Notes under the pieces: generated by a model
Databases searched by the model: none
Told to the model about the DNA's origin: nothing
The model's input: the letters and a program-made list of their open reading frames with translations, nothing else
Position numbers and translations under genes: made by a program
Shown here: positions 51,545 to 63,855 of the stretch, piece after piece
How positions within the stretch are numbered: the stretch's first letter is position 1
Layout of the letters: each line of letters begins with the position of its first letter
NCBI GenBank assembly: GCA_030390025.1
Contig: CM059452.1
Coordinates: forward strand, 6,572,001 to 6,636,000
Length of the DNA: 64,000 nucleotides
Origin: Squalus acanthias
Taxonomy: Eukaryota
Direction of reading: 5' to 3'

Positions 51545-52103
51545 ATGAAAGTGAGAGTGACTGCCCTTGATATCAAGGCAGCATTTGACCGAGTGTGGCA
51601 TCAAGGAGCCCGAGTAAAAGGGAAGTCAATGGGAATCAGGGGGAAAAGTCTCCACTGGCTAGAGTCATACCTAGCACAAAGGAAGATGGTTGTGGTGGTT
51701 GAAGGTCAATCATCAAAGCCCCAGGACATCGCTGCAGGAGTTCCTCAGGGCAGTGTCCTAGGCCCAACCATCTCCAGCTGCTTCATCAATGACCTTCCCT
51801 CCAACATAAGGTCAGAAATGGGGATGTTCGCTGATGACTGCACAGTGCTCAGTGCCATTCGCAACTCCTCAGAAAATGAAGCAGTCCATGCCCGCATGCA
51901 ACAAGACCAGGCAATGACTATCTCCAACAAGCGACAGTCTAACCACCACCCCTTGACATTCAATGGCATTACCATCGCCGAATCCCCCACCATCAATATC
52001 CTGGGGGGGTGGTGGGGGGTCACCGTTGACCATAACTAACTGGACCAGCCACATAAATACTGTGGCAACAAGAGCAGGTCAGAGGCTGGGTATTCTGTGG
52101 CGA
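51545..52103 (+). mobile_element. CR1/L2-group LINE reverse-transcriptase fragment
   Basis: LDIKAAFDRVWH..GVPQGSVLGP..FINDLP..FADD. Confidence 0.85.
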
Positions 52104-52133
52104 GTTATCATGAGTGATTTTAATCTACATATA

Positions 52134-54884
52134 AGAACATAAGAACATAAGAAATAGGAGCAGGAGTAGACCAATCGGCCCCTCGAGCCTGCTCCGCCAT
52201 TCAATGAGATCATGGCTGATCTGATCCAACCTCAACTCTAAAGAACACAAGAAGCAGGAGCAGGACCCGGCCACTCAGCCCCTGGGCCCACTCCGCCACC
52301 CACAGGGCCTTGACCGATCCGAACTCAAACTCATGTCCAATTTCCAGCCCGCTCCCCGTAACCCTGATTCCCTTTACTTCTAGGAAACGGTCTATTTCTG
52401 TTTTAAATTTATTTAATGAAGTAGCTTCCACAGCTTCCTGGGGTAGCAAATTCCACAGACCTACTACCCTCTGAGTGAAAAAGTTTCTCCTCATCTCAGT
52501 TTTGAAAGAGCAGCCCCTTATTCTAAGATTATGTCCCCTAGTTCTAGTTTCACCCATCATTGGGAACATCCTCACCGCGTCCACCCGATCAAGCCCCTTC
52601 ACAATCTTATATGTTTCAATAAGATCGCCTCTCATTCTTCTGAACTCCAATGAGTAGAGTCCCAATCTACTCAACCTCTCCTCGTATGTCCACCCCCTCA
52701 TCCCCGGAATTAACCGAGTGAACCTTCTTTGTACTGCCTCGAGAGCAAGTATGTCTTTTCTTAAGTATGGACACCAAAACTGTATGCAGTACTCCAGGTG
52801 CGGTCTCACCAATACCCTATACAACTGCAGCAATACCTCCCTGTTTTTATATTCTATCCCCCTAGCAATAAAAGCCAACATTCCATTGGCTTTCTTGATC
52901 ACCTGCTGCACCTGCATACTAACTTTTTGATTTTCTTGCACCAAGACCCCCAGCTCCCTTTGCACTGCAGTACTTTCCAGTTTCTCGCCATTAAGATAAT
53001 AACTTGCTCTCTGATTTTTCCTGCCAAAGTGCATAACCTCACATTTTCCAATATTGTATTGCATCTGCCAAATCTCTGCCCACTCACCCAGCCTGTCGAT
53101 ATCCCCTTGTAGGTTTTTTATGTCCTCCTCACTCTCTACTTTCCCTCCCATCTTTGTATCATCTGCAAACTTTGATATGTTACACTCGGTCCCCTCCTCC
53201 AAATCGTTAATATAGATTGTAAAGAGTTGGGGACCCAGCACCGACCCCTGCGGAACACCACTGGCTACTGGTTGCCAGTCCGAGAATGAACCATTTATCC
53301 CAACTCTCTGCTTCCTGTTAGATAACCAATCCTCCACCCATGCCAGAATATTACCCCCAATCCAGTGATTTTTTATCTTGAGTAATAATCTTTTATGTGG
53401 CACCTTGTCGAATGCCTTCTGGAAGTCTAAATACACTACATCCACTGGTTCCCCTTTATCCACCCTGTACGTTATGTCCTCAAAGAACTCGAGCAAATTT
53501 GTCAGACATGACTTCCCCTTCATAAAGCCATGCTGACTTTGTCCTATTAAATTATGTTTATCTAAATGTTCCGTTACTGTCTCCTTAATAATAGACTCCA
53601 AAATTTTACCCACCACAGATGTTAGGCTAACTGGTCTATAATTTCCAGCCTTCTGCCTACAACCCTTTTTAAATAAGGGTGTTACATTAGCAGTTTTCCA
53701 ATCTGCCGGGACCTTTGCTGAGTTCAGGGAGTTTTGGAAAATTATTACCAAAGCATCCACAATTCCTACTGCCACTTCCCTCAAGACCCTAGGATGTAAG
53801 CCATCAGGTCCAGGGGATTTATCCGCCTTGAGTCCCATTATTTTACTGAGTACCAATTCCTTAGTGATTTTAATCGTATTTAGCTCCTCCCCCACTAGAG
53901 CCCCCTGTTTGTCCAGTGTTGGGATATTCTTAGTGTCCTCTACCGTAAAGACTGAAACAAAATATTTGTTCAGCATTTTTGCCATCTCCATGTTTCCCAC
54001 CATTAATTTCCCGGTCTCATCCTCTAAGGGACCTACGTTTGCCTTAACCACCCTTTTTCTTTTTATATAACTATAGAAACTCTTGCTATCTGTTTTTATA
54101 TTTTTTGCTAATTTATTTTCATAGTCTATTTTCCCTTTCTTAATCAATCCTTTAGTTACTTTTTGTTGTCTTTTGAAGACTTCCCAATCTTCTATCCTCC
54201 CACTAACTTTGGCTACCTTATATGTCCTTGTTTTTAGTTGGATACTTTCTTTAATTTCTTTACTTAGCCATGGATGGCTGTCATTTCTTTTACACCCTTT
54301 TTTCCTCAGTGGAATATATTTATTTTGAAAGTTGTAAAATAACTCCTTGAATGAACACCACTGCTCATGTACCGTCTTACCCTTTAATCTATTTTCCCAG
54401 TCCACTTTAATCAATTCTGCTCTCATGCCATCATAGTCTCCTTTATTCAAGCTCAGTATGCTTGTTTGAGAACCAACCTTCTCACCCTCTAATTGGATAT
54501 GGAATTCAACCATGTTATGGTCACTCATTCCAAGGGGATCCTTAACTAGGACATTATTAATTAATCCAGACTCATTACACAGTACCAGGTCCAAGGTTGC
54601 TTGCCCCCTTGTAGGATCAGTTACATACTGCTCAAGAAATCCATCCCTAAGACACTCAATAAACTCTTCCTCAAGGCTGCCCTGCCCAATTTGATTTGTC
54701 CAGTTAATATGATAGTTAAAATCCCCCATAATTATAGCTGTTCCCTTATTACATGCCCCAACTATTTCCTGATTAATACTTCTTCCAACAGAGTTGCAAC
54801 TATTAGGAGGCGTATATACTACGCCCACCAGTGTTTTTTCCCCTTATTATTCCTAATCTCTACCCAAACTGTTTCATTATCCTG
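52134..54884 (-). mobile_element. Young 5'-truncated CR1 LINE with 872-aa ORF2 (partial endonuclease + RT), flanked by atata target-site duplication
   Basis: ORF 52210-54828 with GDFN, SDH, KSPGPDG, YRPVSLTS, LDFQKAFD, GVPQGSVLGP, FADD; (aagaacat)n tail; atata at 52129-52133 and 54885-54889. Confidence 0.95.
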
Positions 54885-56915
54885 ATATAGATTGGGCTAA
54901 CCAAATTAGTAACAATACCGTGGAGGAGGAATTCCTAGAGTGTATACGGGATGGTTTCCTGGACCAATATGTCGAGGAACCAACTAGAGACCAGGCCATC
55001 TTAGACTGGGTATTATGTAATGAGAAAGGATTTATTTGCAATCTTGTTGTGCGAGGCCCCTTGGGGAGGAGCGATCATAATATGACAGAATTCTTCATTA
55101 AGATGGAGAGTGAATTAGTTGACTCAGAGACTAGGGACCTGAATTTAAATAAAGGAAACTACGATGGTATGAGGCGCGGGTTGGCTAGGATGGATTGGGG
55201 GACGTTACTTAAAGGGTTGACGGTGGATAGGCAATGGCAAACATTTAAAGATCGCATGGATGAACTACAGAATTTGTTCATCCCTGTTTGGCATAAAAAT
55301 AAAACAAAAAAGTTGACTCAACCGTGGCTAACAAGGGAAATTAGGGATAGCATAAAATCCAAAGAGATGACATATAAATTGGCCAGAAAAAGCAGCAAAC
55401 CTCAGGTTTGGGAGCAGTTTAGGATTCAGCAAAGGAGGACAAAGGGATTAATTAAGAGGGGGGAAACAGAGTATGAGAGTAAGCTTGCAGGGAACATAAA
55501 AACTGACTGTAAAAGCTTCTATATATATGTAAAGAGAAAAAGATTGGTGAAGTCAAGCGTAGGTCCCTTGCAGTCAGAATCAGGGGAATTTATAATGGGG
55601 AACAAAGAAATGGCAGACCAATTAAATACATACTTTGGCTCTGTCTTCACAAAGGAGGACACAAATAACCTCCCAGAGATGTCGGGGAACATAGGGTCCA
55701 ATGAGAGGGAGGAACTGAATGAAATCAGTATTTGTAGGGAAATGGTGTTAGGGAAATTGACGGGATTGAAGGCCGATAAATCCCCAGGGCCTGATAATCT
55801 ACATCCTAGGGTACTTGGATAGAGAACTGGTTGGCAGACAGGAAGCAAAGAGTTGGAATAAACGGGTCTTTTTTCCGAGTGGCAGGCAGTGACTAGTGGG
55901 GTACCGCTGGGATCGGTGCTGGGACCCCAGCTATTCACAATATATATTAATGATCTAGGCGAGGGAACTAGATGTAATATCTCCAAGTTTGCAGACGACA
56001 CAAAGCTGGGTGGGCGTGTGTGCTGTGAAGAGGATGCAGAGAAACTCCAGTATGATTTGGACAGGTTGGGTGATTGGGCAGATGCATGGCAGATGCAGTA
56101 TAATGTGGATAAATGCGAGGTTATCCACTTTGTTGGCAAAAACAGGAAGGCAGATTATTATCTGAACGGCAATAGATTGGGAAAAGGGGAAGTGCAACGA
56201 GACCTGGGTGCCCTTGTGCACCAGTCGCTGAAGGTAAGCATACAGGTGCAGCAGGCGGTTAAGAAGGCAAATGGTATGTTGGCCTTCATAGCGAGAGGAT
56301 TCGAGTACAGGAGCAATGATGTCTTGCTGCAGTTGTACAGGGCCTTTGTGAGACCACACCTTGAGTATTGTGTGCAGTGTTAGTCGTCTTATCTGAGGAA
56401 GGATGTTCTTGCCATGGAGGGAGTTTAGCGAAGATTCACCAGACTGATACCTGGGATGGCATGAATGACGTATGAAGAGAGATTGGGTCGATTAGGCTTA
56501 TATTCGCTAGAGTTTAGAAGAATGAGAGGGGATCTCATTGAAACTTATAAAATTCTAACAGGACTAGACAGACTAGATGCAGGAAGGATGTTCCCGATGG
56601 CGGGGGAGTCCAGAACCAGAGGTCACAGTCTAAGGATAAGGGCTAAGCCATTTAGGACTGAGATGAGGAGGAATTTCTTCACCCAGAGAGTGGTGAACCT
56701 GTGGAATTCTCTACCACAGAAGGCAGTTGAGGCCAATTCATTAAATATATTCAAGAAGGAGATAGATATATTTCTTAAGACTAAAGGGATCAAGGGATAT
56801 GGGGAGAAAGCAGGGACAGGGTACTGAATTTGGATGATCAGCCATGATCTCATTAAATGGCGGAGCAGGCTCGAGGGGCCGAATGGCCTACTCCTGCTCC
56901 TATCTTCTATGCTTC
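54885..56915 (+). mobile_element. Older CR1 LINE, host of the 52134 insertion; internal deletion near 55815 and stop codons
   Basis: ORFs 54920-55822, 55889-56383, 56465-56827 are consecutive ORF2 pieces; its 5' part (IMSDFNLHI) lies at about 52105-52133. Confidence 0.92.
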
Positions 56916-56958
56916 TAAAATGATCTGCTGTTTTCTGTCTAATTCTAAACCAGACACC

Positions 56959-57390
56959 ATGTGCTCCCCGTGTTCCATACTGATAATAATGGTCGTGCTG
57001 TCCAGTGAGTACATGTGTAAATGGTCATTGTGTGTTTCGCGGATTATCCTTACTCCCAGACTTTTGACACATTCTGTGTTTTGTTACAGGAACGAGTGGC
57101 AAAGATTCAGTGTCCCAGGATCCGTCTGAATTAATGGTTCAGGAAGGAAAAAACATTATATTGAACTGCAGTTACTCGGCAGCTGCTCCAACTCTGTTCT
57201 GGTACATCCAGTATCCCGGGGAAGCTCCGAGATATTTACTGAGGATATATAGCTCGGGGACGGTAGACCGGTCTCCAGATTTCCCAGTCCGGTTTTCTGC
57301 TGTTTTGCACAGAGACAGCAAAACGGTTCCTTTAAATATCACCGCGGTTCTTGTCTCCGACAGCGCCGTGTATTTCTGTGCCATGAGCCC
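56959..57390 (+). CDS. TRAV: TCR V segment, open frame (leader 56959-57004, V exon 57090-57390)
   Basis: MCSPCSILIIMVVLS/RTSGKDSVSQDP..LNC..WYIQYPG..DSAVYFCAMS; cacactg 57391-57397 + 24 bp + acaaaaacc. Confidence 0.9.
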
Positions 57391-57684
57391 CACACTGCTG
57401 CAGAGATATAGCGGATCCCGTACAAAAACCCACACTGAGAGTTCCAGTTAGTGATCACCAGAGGGCGCTCTCACACGATAACCAGCAGCGATAATTCAGC
57501 CTCCACAGCGAGAGTCACAGGGAGATTCTTAACAGAGCGACATGTCACAACACTCAACAAGAACAGGTCAGGTCCACTTGGGGATCTTTTAGGTGATTTC
57601 AACTCGTATTTATAATAAAAATGAACTTCACAAATCATGTCTGTGGCGCCTTAACTCCCCTTTTGTCCTTTCTCTATTGTGTAC

Positions 57685-58190
57685 ATTTCTGGGCACCACA
57701 CGTTAGGAAGGATGCCAAGGCCCTGGAGAGGGAACAGAGGAGGTTTACCAGGATGATACCAGGGATGAGGGACTTCAGTTATGTGGAGAGATTGTAGAAG
57801 CCGGGATTGTTCTCCTAAGAGCAGAGAAGGTTAAGGGGAGACCTAATAGAATTATTCAAAATTATGAGGGGTTTTGACAGAGCAAATAGGGAGAAACTAT
57901 TTCCTCTGGCAAGTGGGTTGATAACCAAAGGGAATAGATTTAAAATAATTGGAAAAAGAACTAGAGTGGAAATGAGGAGACATTTCTTCACAAAGAGGGT
58001 TGTTAAGATCTGAAAGGCAATGCCTGAAAGGGTGGTGGAATCAGATTTCATGGGAACTTTCAAAAGGCAATTAGACATGTACTTGAAGAGGACTAATTTG
58101 CAGGGTTATGGAGAAAAAGCTGGGATATGGGACTAAACAGGCACGACAGGCCGAATACCCCTTCTGTGCTGTAAGATTCTATGAATCTAT
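57685..58190 (+). mobile_element. CR1 LINE 3' fragment
   Basis: tttctgggcaccacacgttaggaaggat..ggggagacctaatagaattattcaaaattatg.. Confidence 0.85.
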
Positions 58191-58742
58191 GATGCCCCTT
58201 CCGTGCCTGCCTGCAATATTGTGCAGCCCTTTACTCATCTCCCCTGTCAGTGTCCCGGACCCTTTGATCGCGGCCTGTACACAGGGTTTATTTGATCAGA
58301 GTATGTTGCTGGGTCAGAGACAGTTTATACACAATGAACAGATTTCACAAGGTAGTGATTGTGCTCTTTAAAACAGGCCCCAAGCACAGAGTTCCCCCAA
58401 TGTCCATTGTCCTTCAGAATGTCTCTTTAATGCTGGAATATTTTCCGTCACCATTAACAATCCCTCAGCTTCCCGGTTCCAATAACCAGACAAGAGTTTC
58501 ATTCCCACCCCCGGTCTCTAAAAGCGGAACCATTCCCCCAAAAGGACACTGACTGTAGCCCAGCTCGGGGTGTTTCCATTCACTGGCAGCCAGCTCACCA
58601 CCTACCGGTCTCACAGCACCACTGGGGACACCAGGAAGTGAGGTGAGAGCATCCTGAGACACGACAGCAGATTATTGAGGGCGGGGATTAGAACGGGTGT
58701 CTTCAAATATCCAACCCCCCTTTTACAGAGCGGACAGCGACA

Positions 58743-59218
58743 ATGCGGCTACTCAGCATCTGGGCTGTGTGGGGGGCATTTCTGACAGGTAATTGTGGAC
58801 CAAACACATTTCATCTTTTCTCTCATTTCTAAACATGGTTTGAATCTGAATTTTAAACACCCGCCGGTCTGATCTTTTCCAGTTTGAACATGTTTTTCAG
58901 ATCTGAGTCTTGGAGATTCTGTCACTCAGCCGCTGTCCTCAGGAGTTAAGACAGAAGGAGAAGCGGTGACTGTAAACTGTAGCTATGACACTAAATGGAG
59001 CACCTTTAATTATTTATATTGGTACCGGAACCACCCAGACACACAGCCCGAGTTTATACTGTGGAAGGATCATGATGGTGTTGATGGTGTTGAGCATAAA
59101 GCAGATTTTGGTAAAACCCGTTTCTCTGCAGAAATCCAGACCTGGACTAAATTCACCAGTTTAACCATCTCGGGGCTGCAGCTGACCGACACTGCAGTTT
59201 ATTACTGCGCCCTGAGAC
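58743..59218 (+). CDS. TRAV: TCR V segment, intact (leader 58743-58788, V exon 58901-59218)
   Basis: MRLLSIWAVWGAFLT/DLSLGDSVTQP..VNCSYD..WYRNHP..DTAVYYCALR; cacactg 59219-59225 + 23 bp + acagaaact. Confidence 0.92.
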
Positions 59219-60008
59219 CACACTGATGGAAACCAGTTAAACCCTGGTACAGAAACTCCCGCCGCTTTGTAGATCAGAGGCTCCGCCTGCTGAAGCCGGA
59301 TATAAGGCTCACTTTGTGCTGTTTGCGGTTCCGGCCATCCTGAGAACTGTTCCCAAAGTCTCTCATTTGTCGGTTGGGTTCAGTCTGTGCAGTTTCCGCG
59401 TTGTTTTCCCTGTTACTCACTGGGAACTGTCTCTCCTGAATCACTGCCACCTTCATCTTCAGACTATTGACTGTTGCTCTTTTGCCTGTTTTCTGGACAG
59501 TTTTCTCTGAGTTTGCGCACCAGCTGGGGAATGGGAGTCTCGCGGGGTCAGAGTTCAGCCGAGACTTCTTTGTTCTGAAGGTGTTTTGACTCCTCAATGG
59601 TTTATTACATCGTCACTGAATGTGTTCCCTCCGTTCAGTTCATTTCCTGCCGACTGGAGCGCCAGGTCTGAGTGCGATTCTGACACTGAATGAGAACTGG
59701 TTTATATTTGTTTCACTAAGTTTGAAAGTTGAGGTGCCCATTACATGAACAGGGATTGGAAGCACCGTCCCATCGAATACCTTATTATCAAATTAGCAAC
59801 ACGATTATTTTTATTAATAATAAACATGATGTTTCCTGTTCTGTACTGTTAGTTGGATAGCGATTGATTTGTCAGTTTTTACACGGACACTCTCCTGTGA
59901 GAAGTACTGACAGTCCCCGTTTCTCCCCACACTGCCCGCTATCCAGTTGTCCCTGTCACATTCCGGCAGTGTGTTTGTACGAGGCTCCCTCTGGTTCCTG
60001 TCACTGTG

Positions 60009-60539
60009 TCTCTCAGCCCGCAGTGATACACCGCGCTGTCAGACAGCCGTAGGCCGCGGATGGTGAAATTCCCCTCACTTTCTGAAATGTCGTGAAATGC
60101 GGAAATTCGAGCCCCCGCGTCCTCTGCTTTGAAAACATCTCCGTAAGAAGGACTGTAGATCAGCAATGTTGGCCCATTGTCGCGGTCCTGACGGTACAGT
60201 TGTAAGGAATGTGAAGGAGCAGTGGTCGAATAGCTGTAATTACTGGTCACCGAGTCTCCTTCAAACTGCATCGCTGCAAGCGGCCCCTGTGAGACCGAGT
60301 CCGCACAACTAACACCTGCAGAAATATAGAAATACACAACTTTAAACTTTTATTATCATTTTATTATAACTGATAGCATCAAGGTGACGGAATATACAGG
60401 AAATAGAGGGAAAATACAGTTAAAAGGAAGATTCTCTATGGCAGTGATACGTGCAAGAGGGAAGATTGTGTAACTTGTAAACTTTACCAGTTAAGAGAGC
60501 CGCAGCTGTGACGAATGAATAAAAAGTAACTCCTAACAT
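60009..60539 (-). pseudogene. TCR V with open frame but first canonical Cys mutated to Tyr (leader 60488-60539, V exon 60009-60315)
   Basis: Inverted paralog of the 15965 gene; DSVTSNYSYST versus DSVTINCNYST; RSS heptamer 60002-60008. Confidence 0.85.
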
Positions 60540-61184
60540 GTTTGCAGAGAGTTGATGACAGATTTGAACAGAACGGGTTAAACCTGAAATATTTTAGTCA
60601 AGACTTGGGAAGGTGTTGAATGATATCCGGCGTCTCTGCCGATTGGTTCATTCCTGACAGAGTCAACAGGTGAGATCCAAGCAGCTCACAGCTCCTTTTT
60701 ACTCCAATTCTTCCAATCAACTCACAGCTACTTTGTTCTCCAATTCATCCAATCAGCTCATAGCTCCTTTGTTCGTCACTTCATGACGTCTGTGGTCAAA
60801 ATGCTCTTGCTGACTGAACAAGCGACTGGGAAGAAATAGAGTGAGTGCGTAATTAAGGGATTATACCGCATCAGAAATAATGAGCGGCTTTAATCAGCTA
60901 TAATCTTGATCTTTGAGAGCCAATAGCTGGCAATCGTGTTTTTATACATGACCAAAAACCTTAAATCTCCTCAATGACCTCATTCTAAGGCTTAGGTAAT
61001 ACAATGCGCCAGCAGAGGGCGCCAAACTCAAGAATGATAATTAGAAAGTCATGTGATGTAAACGCCAAGGCCAACAGCAATCGAAGCCTGAATGAGGTCA
61101 CAATGGGGACGCCCCCTGCAGTGTGTGGGTGGAACAATGAGCTGAACAGCCCGGGTTACCGCTCTCCTTCTCAATCTCTGCCTC

Positions 61185-61570
61185 ATTGAAGCATACAAAA
61201 TTATTACAGGGCTTGATAGGGTGGATGCTGGGAGAATGTTTCCCTTGGCTGGGGAGTCTAGAACCAGGGGCCACAGCCTCAGGATAAAGGTTAGGCCATT
61301 CAGGACTGAGATGAGAAGAAATTTCTTCACACAGAGGGTGGTGAATCTTTGGAATTCTCTACCCCAGAGGGCTGTGGAGGCTCAGTCATTGGGTATATTC
61401 AAAACAGAAGTCGATAGATTTCTGACTAGTAAGGGCATCAAGGGATATGGCGATAGGGCCGGTGAATGGAATTGAGGCAGAAGATCAGCCATGATCTCAT
61501 TGAATGGCGGAGCAGGCTCGAAGGGCCGAATGGCCTACTCCAGCTGCTATTGCTTATGTTCTTATGTTCA
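61185..61570 (+). mobile_element. CR1 LINE 3' fragment
   Basis: DAGRMFPLAGESRTRGHSLRIK..NLWNSLPQRAVEA. Confidence 0.9.
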
Positions 61571-61589
61571 TTCAATTGCAAGTCACTGT

Positions 61590-62121
61590 GAGAGATTCAG
61601 TCAATTTCTAATAATACTGGCGGCTGTGTTGAACAGTAAGTATTGGATTATATTTAAAACACAGGTTAGCTGGTTGATGCAAAGAGCGTGTGCAGGGATT
61701 TAGTGCAATTACCGATCAGAAATGTCCACATGATGGACAGCTGTGTAGATGGAGGGTTACCCACTCTCATACAGATAGACACAAGTTTCGATTTAATCTT
61801 CTGCTCTTCTGTTCCCCTATCTTCACAGGCGGGCTGTGTGCAGATCCAGTAACTCAGTCTCCGGTGACAATTGCCGTGTCAACAGGGGGTTCGGTGCAGT
61901 TAGATTGTGAAAATAAAAGCCCGGATATTGACTACATGCAATGGTATCGGCAGAAATCGGCACAGCCACCAAGCTGGATAATTAGCAAAGTGGTAGCACT
62001 GAAGGGAGACGAAATCTCAGGACAATATCTGGCAGCTGCTAATACGTCTAGAAAGTACGGTTACCTCAATATAAGCAGCATGAGTGTGGAGGACGGAGCG
62101 GTCTATTACTGTGCAGTGAGG
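61590..62121 (+). CDS. Divergent TCR V segment (V exon 61829-62121 open; leader about 61590-61636 lacks its ATG)
   Basis: ERFSQFLIILAAVLN/gtaagt; ADPVTQSP..LDCEN..WYRQK..EDGAVYYCAVR; cacagcg 62122-62128 + 23 bp + acaaaaacc. Confidence 0.75.
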
Positions 62122-62269
62122 CACAGCGTCAGATAAAAGCAAAGGCCCCGGACAAAAACCTCAGCGAGAATTTACAGCTCCATTAAGTGTTCTTTTGTGC
62201 TGCTTTCTGTGGGGTTAATTTGATCCCAAACCCACGGAGACTAAAGACAGCCAGGTTTCTATTTCAACG

Positions 62270-62645
62270 AGTTGTATTTGTGTCTGTGTCTTTGCCCAAA
62301 TCAGCGGAGAACCGGTCTGGGAAATCTGGAGACTTCACTCCCTGCCCCGAGCTGTATCTCCTCATTAAATAACTCGGATCTTCCCCGGGGATACTGGTTG
62401 TACCAGAAGAGGTAGGGAAATCTATCGGCTGTGGAGTAACTAGAGTTCAGTATTAAGATCTGTCCTTCCTGAACCGTTAATTCAGGTGGATCCTGGGAAA
62501 ATGAGGCTTCACCATTGTAACAAAATACTGAATCTGTCAGAAGTCTGGGAGTAAATATAACCCATGAAATACATACGATATTTTAAACATAGACTCACCG
62601 GGCAGCACGACCATTATTATCAGTAAGAAACATGGGGAGCATGGT
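62270..62645 (-). pseudogene. TCR V pseudogene of the 14878/56959 family, damaged and 3'-truncated
   Basis: Leader ..LLIIMVVLP/gtgagt; FSQDPPELTVQEGQILILNSSY (Cys lost)..WYNQYP..RFSADLGKD; no YxC or RSS. Confidence 0.8.
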
Positions 62646-63059
62646 GTCTGGTTTAGATGGGAGTCTCCGGCTCTGATACCAGAACAACATTAACTATTGG
62701 TCACTGGCCCCATCTCACAGACTGACGCTGCTAAAGGGCGAACATTGGCTTTAATCCTCGTCCAGTTCTGAGGAGAACAATTTCGCTCCGTTCTCGCATC
62801 CCCGCTCTGACGTCATGAATTGGCGAACAAAGTAGCTGTGAGCTGATTGGTTGAATTGGAAAACAAAGGAGCTGCAAACTGATTGGATAAATTGGAGAAC
62901 AAAGGACCGAGAGCTGATTGAATGTGATCTGCTGACTCTGTCGGGAACGGACCAATCGGCAGAGACCGGATATGACTCAACATCTTCCCAATTCTTGACG
63001 ACAAGACAATTTCAGCTTCAAACCGTTCTGTTCAAATCCACCACCAACTCTCTGCAAAC

Positions 63060-63111
63060 ATGTTGGCTGTTACTTTTTATTTATTCGTCACAGCTGCAGC
63101 TCTCTTAACTG
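63060..63111 (+). pseudogene. Orphan V leader exon of the 15965 family with mutated donor
   Basis: MLAVTFYLFVTAAALLT then ataagt instead of gtaagt; promoter conserved upstream; no matching V exon follows. Confidence 0.75.
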
Positions 63112-63664
63112 ATAAGTTCACAAGTTACACAGCATTGTGTTTCACATCTGTATCATACATTATATTTAATCGGTCAGTTCCCTGAACACATGAATATCAA
63201 TAGGTTGATCCGAAATGAAGAAAACCATCAGGATCCACCTTGACTCAACACTGAACACTGTTTGGGGAAACTCGACAAACTCCCTCAGTGAATGAAAGCG
63301 GATGAGTTGAGGTGAGATTACAGGCGAATGGCAGACAGACAAGCCCGTCGGCGTCAATGACGGACATTGACAGACACACGAGTCTTAAACCCACAGACAG
63401 TTTGGAGTTTTCCCTTCACATCACAAGAGGTGAAGGTGAGGAACTGATCCCGTTGGAAGGTGCTGAAGGTTAATTAAAGGGTGTTTATTCAGTCGATCCC
63501 AGCGCCATCCCGTGAGCAGCCCCTGAGCTGTGGGGATATATATTTATGTTCAACTGCCCTGATTTGCTTCACATGTAAGTGTTGGGGGTGACGGGCTGAA
63601 TCTGGGCGGTAAACACAGTGAAGTGACATTGTTTAATTTAATATCGCTCTGGGCTCTTGCACGA

Positions 63665-63768
63665 GATGGGCGAGGAGACTCCGGTTCACAGACACCGGCT
63701 GTAACCACAGTAAATGAAGGAGACGGTGTTCAGTTGTATTGTAATTATACAGCCACAAGCATCAATCA

Positions 63769-63770
<2 letters not shown>
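63665..63770 (+). pseudogene. 5' fragment of a TCR V exon ending in a microsatellite
   Basis: DGRGDSGSQTPAVTTVNEGDGVQLYCNYTATSIN; damaged leader ending in gtaagt near 63575. Confidence 0.65.
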
Positions 63771-63854
<84 letters not shown>

Positions 63855-63855
63855 C
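63769..63855. repeat. (TATC)n microsatellite
   Basis: About 21 tandem tatc units. Confidence 0.98.

Noticed and set aside
63623-63770. Second intronless leader-V suggested by the ORF track
   Set aside because: The start is GTG, and a damaged leader with a gtaagt donor lies near 63575, so this stretch is probably intron.
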